Assembly (NCBI GenBank): GCA_946220865.1 | Contig: CAMJYM010000001.1 | Span: 62,259 to 126,258, forward strand | Direction of reading: 5' to 3' | From: an uncultured Clostridia bacterium | Lineage (GTDB): Bacteria; Bacillota; Clostridia; Saccharofermentanales; DTU023 | Length of the DNA stretch: 64,000 bases | Shown here: in pieces, positions 63,340-64,000 of the stretch | Position numbering within the stretch: the first letter of the stretch is position 1 | How the letters are laid out: each line of letters opens with the position of its first letter | The notes under the pieces: model-generated | The model's database searches: none | Told to the model about the DNA's origin: nothing | What the model saw: only the letters and a program-made list of their open reading frames with translations | Made by a program: the position numbers and the translations under genes

Positions 63340-64000
63340 GTGTCCCAGCTCCCAGATATGTCGCGCTTCATGACTCCAGAAAGTCTCCATAGCCGCGAAT
63401 TTAACGATATTTTTGCTTATGCCGGTCCTCTGGGCCTGGAATTCCAGGGGGACAGGGTCATTTTTCGTCTCTGGGCTCCGACGGCTGAGCGGGTTTCCCT
63501 GCTGCTCTTTTTTCACGGCGAGGAGCAGGTGGATATGCAAAGAAGCAAAGTCTGTCCGGGGCTCTGGGAACTCAACCTGCCCCGAGACTGTGAGGGATCA
63601 CAGTATCTCTACCGCCTCAGCTTTTGGAATGGCAGCAGCCGTCTGGCCGCCGATCCCTATGCGCGGTCCGTGTCGGTCAACGGCCGCTATGCCGTGGTTC
63701 TGGATGCAGAGGCCCTGCGTCCTGAGGCTTTCAGCACAGAACGCCTGCCGGGCACGGTCGATTTTTCGCAGATTTCCATTTATGAGCTGCATATCCGTGA
63801 TATGACCATTGGCCCTCTGAACGGAATCAGCGCCAAAGGCAAATTTCTGGGACTCTGCGAGAACGATACTGTCACGGCGGCCGGCAATTCCACCGGGCTC
63901 CATTTTCTCAAAGGTCTTGGCATCAGCCATATCCAGCTGCTGCCCATCTTTGATTTTGCGACCGTCGATGAAGAGGCTCCGCTCTCTTTTAACAAGCAAT
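63340..64000 (+). CDS. Type I pullulanase / glycogen-debranching GH13 enzyme (5' part; runs off the window)
   Basis: My own translation of frame 1, open from 63304 to the window end, gives ...FNDIFAYAGPLGLEFQGDRVIFRLWAPTAERVSLLLF...DPYARSVSVNGRYAVVLD...SIYELHIRDMT...GLHFLKGLGISHIQLLPIFDFATVDE. This is the CBM48 plus catalytic-domain onset typical of pullulanases. It is not in the supplied track because it has no stop. Start candidates are GTG 63340 (AAAGGA upstream) or ATG 63358. Confidence 0.75.
   Translation, partial: MSQLPDMSRFMTPESLHSREFNDIFAYAGPLGLEFQGDRVIFRLWAPTAERVSLLLFFHGEEQVDMQRSKVCPGLWELNLPRDCEGSQYLYRLSFWNGSSRLAADPYARSVSVNGRYAVVLDAEALRPEAFSTERLPGTVDFSQISIYELHIRDMTIGPLNGISAKGKFLGLCENDTVTAAGNSTGLHFLKGLGISHIQLLPIFDFATVDEEAPLSFNKQ

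Noticed and set aside
1-64000. Scanned the window for CRISPR arrays, IS or transposase or integrase genes, phage modules, restriction-modification, toxin-antitoxin or other defence cassettes, and rRNA.
   Set aside because: I found no regularly spaced direct repeats and no recombinase-like or other such ORFs. Gene content and synteny are those of a core housekeeping region.

Overview
This 64-kb window reads as core bacterial chromosome with Firmicutes/Clostridia-like synteny. Conserved blocks include efp-asp23-amaP-nusB-xseA-xseB-ispA, nadD/yqeK-rsfS-comEA, DUF512-der, and a 3D-domain gene with rsmA. GC looks roughly balanced by eye. I call 56 protein-coding genes, 49 of them on the minus strand, consistent with leading-strand bias. 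I also call six tRNAs (Arg-TCT, Gly-TCC, Lys-TTT, Gln-TTG, His-GTG, Pro-CGG), one tmRNA (ssrA) lying convergent to smpB, and several near-consensus sigma-70 promoters and intrinsic terminators. I found no integrase, transposase, CRISPR array, restriction, toxin-antitoxin or other recognisable defence or mobile module, and no rRNA. This is not an accessory island, and I cannot honestly point to a clear new multi-gene system. The most concrete oddity is at the smpB/PP2C junction. The PP2C gene is in frame with smpB behind a single TAG, and its conserved G-x-x-R-x-x-NED N-terminus is encoded upstream of the first canonical start codon. A strong Shine-Dalgarno sits 6 nt before an ATT there, which suggests AUU initiation or stop-codon readthrough. 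Other points worth a second look: a dUTPase with a ~55-65-residue insertion between motifs III and IV; an Ogt/MGMT fused to an unknown ~200-aa N-terminal region and translationally coupled to thyA-folA; a pfkA-ppx-ppk1 cluster whose PFK carries a mixed ATP/PPi signature; a sortase with a long Pro/Gln/Arg-rich N-terminal tail; a nadD-yqeK fusion; and several precise repeats and palindromes in intergenic regions. All protein calls rest on motif and synteny recognition by eye, with no database search. Start codons were re-evaluated from RBS context where I could, because the ORF track uses the longest ORFs and alternative starts. A pullulanase-like ORF runs off the 3' end of the window and is absent from the supplied ORF track.
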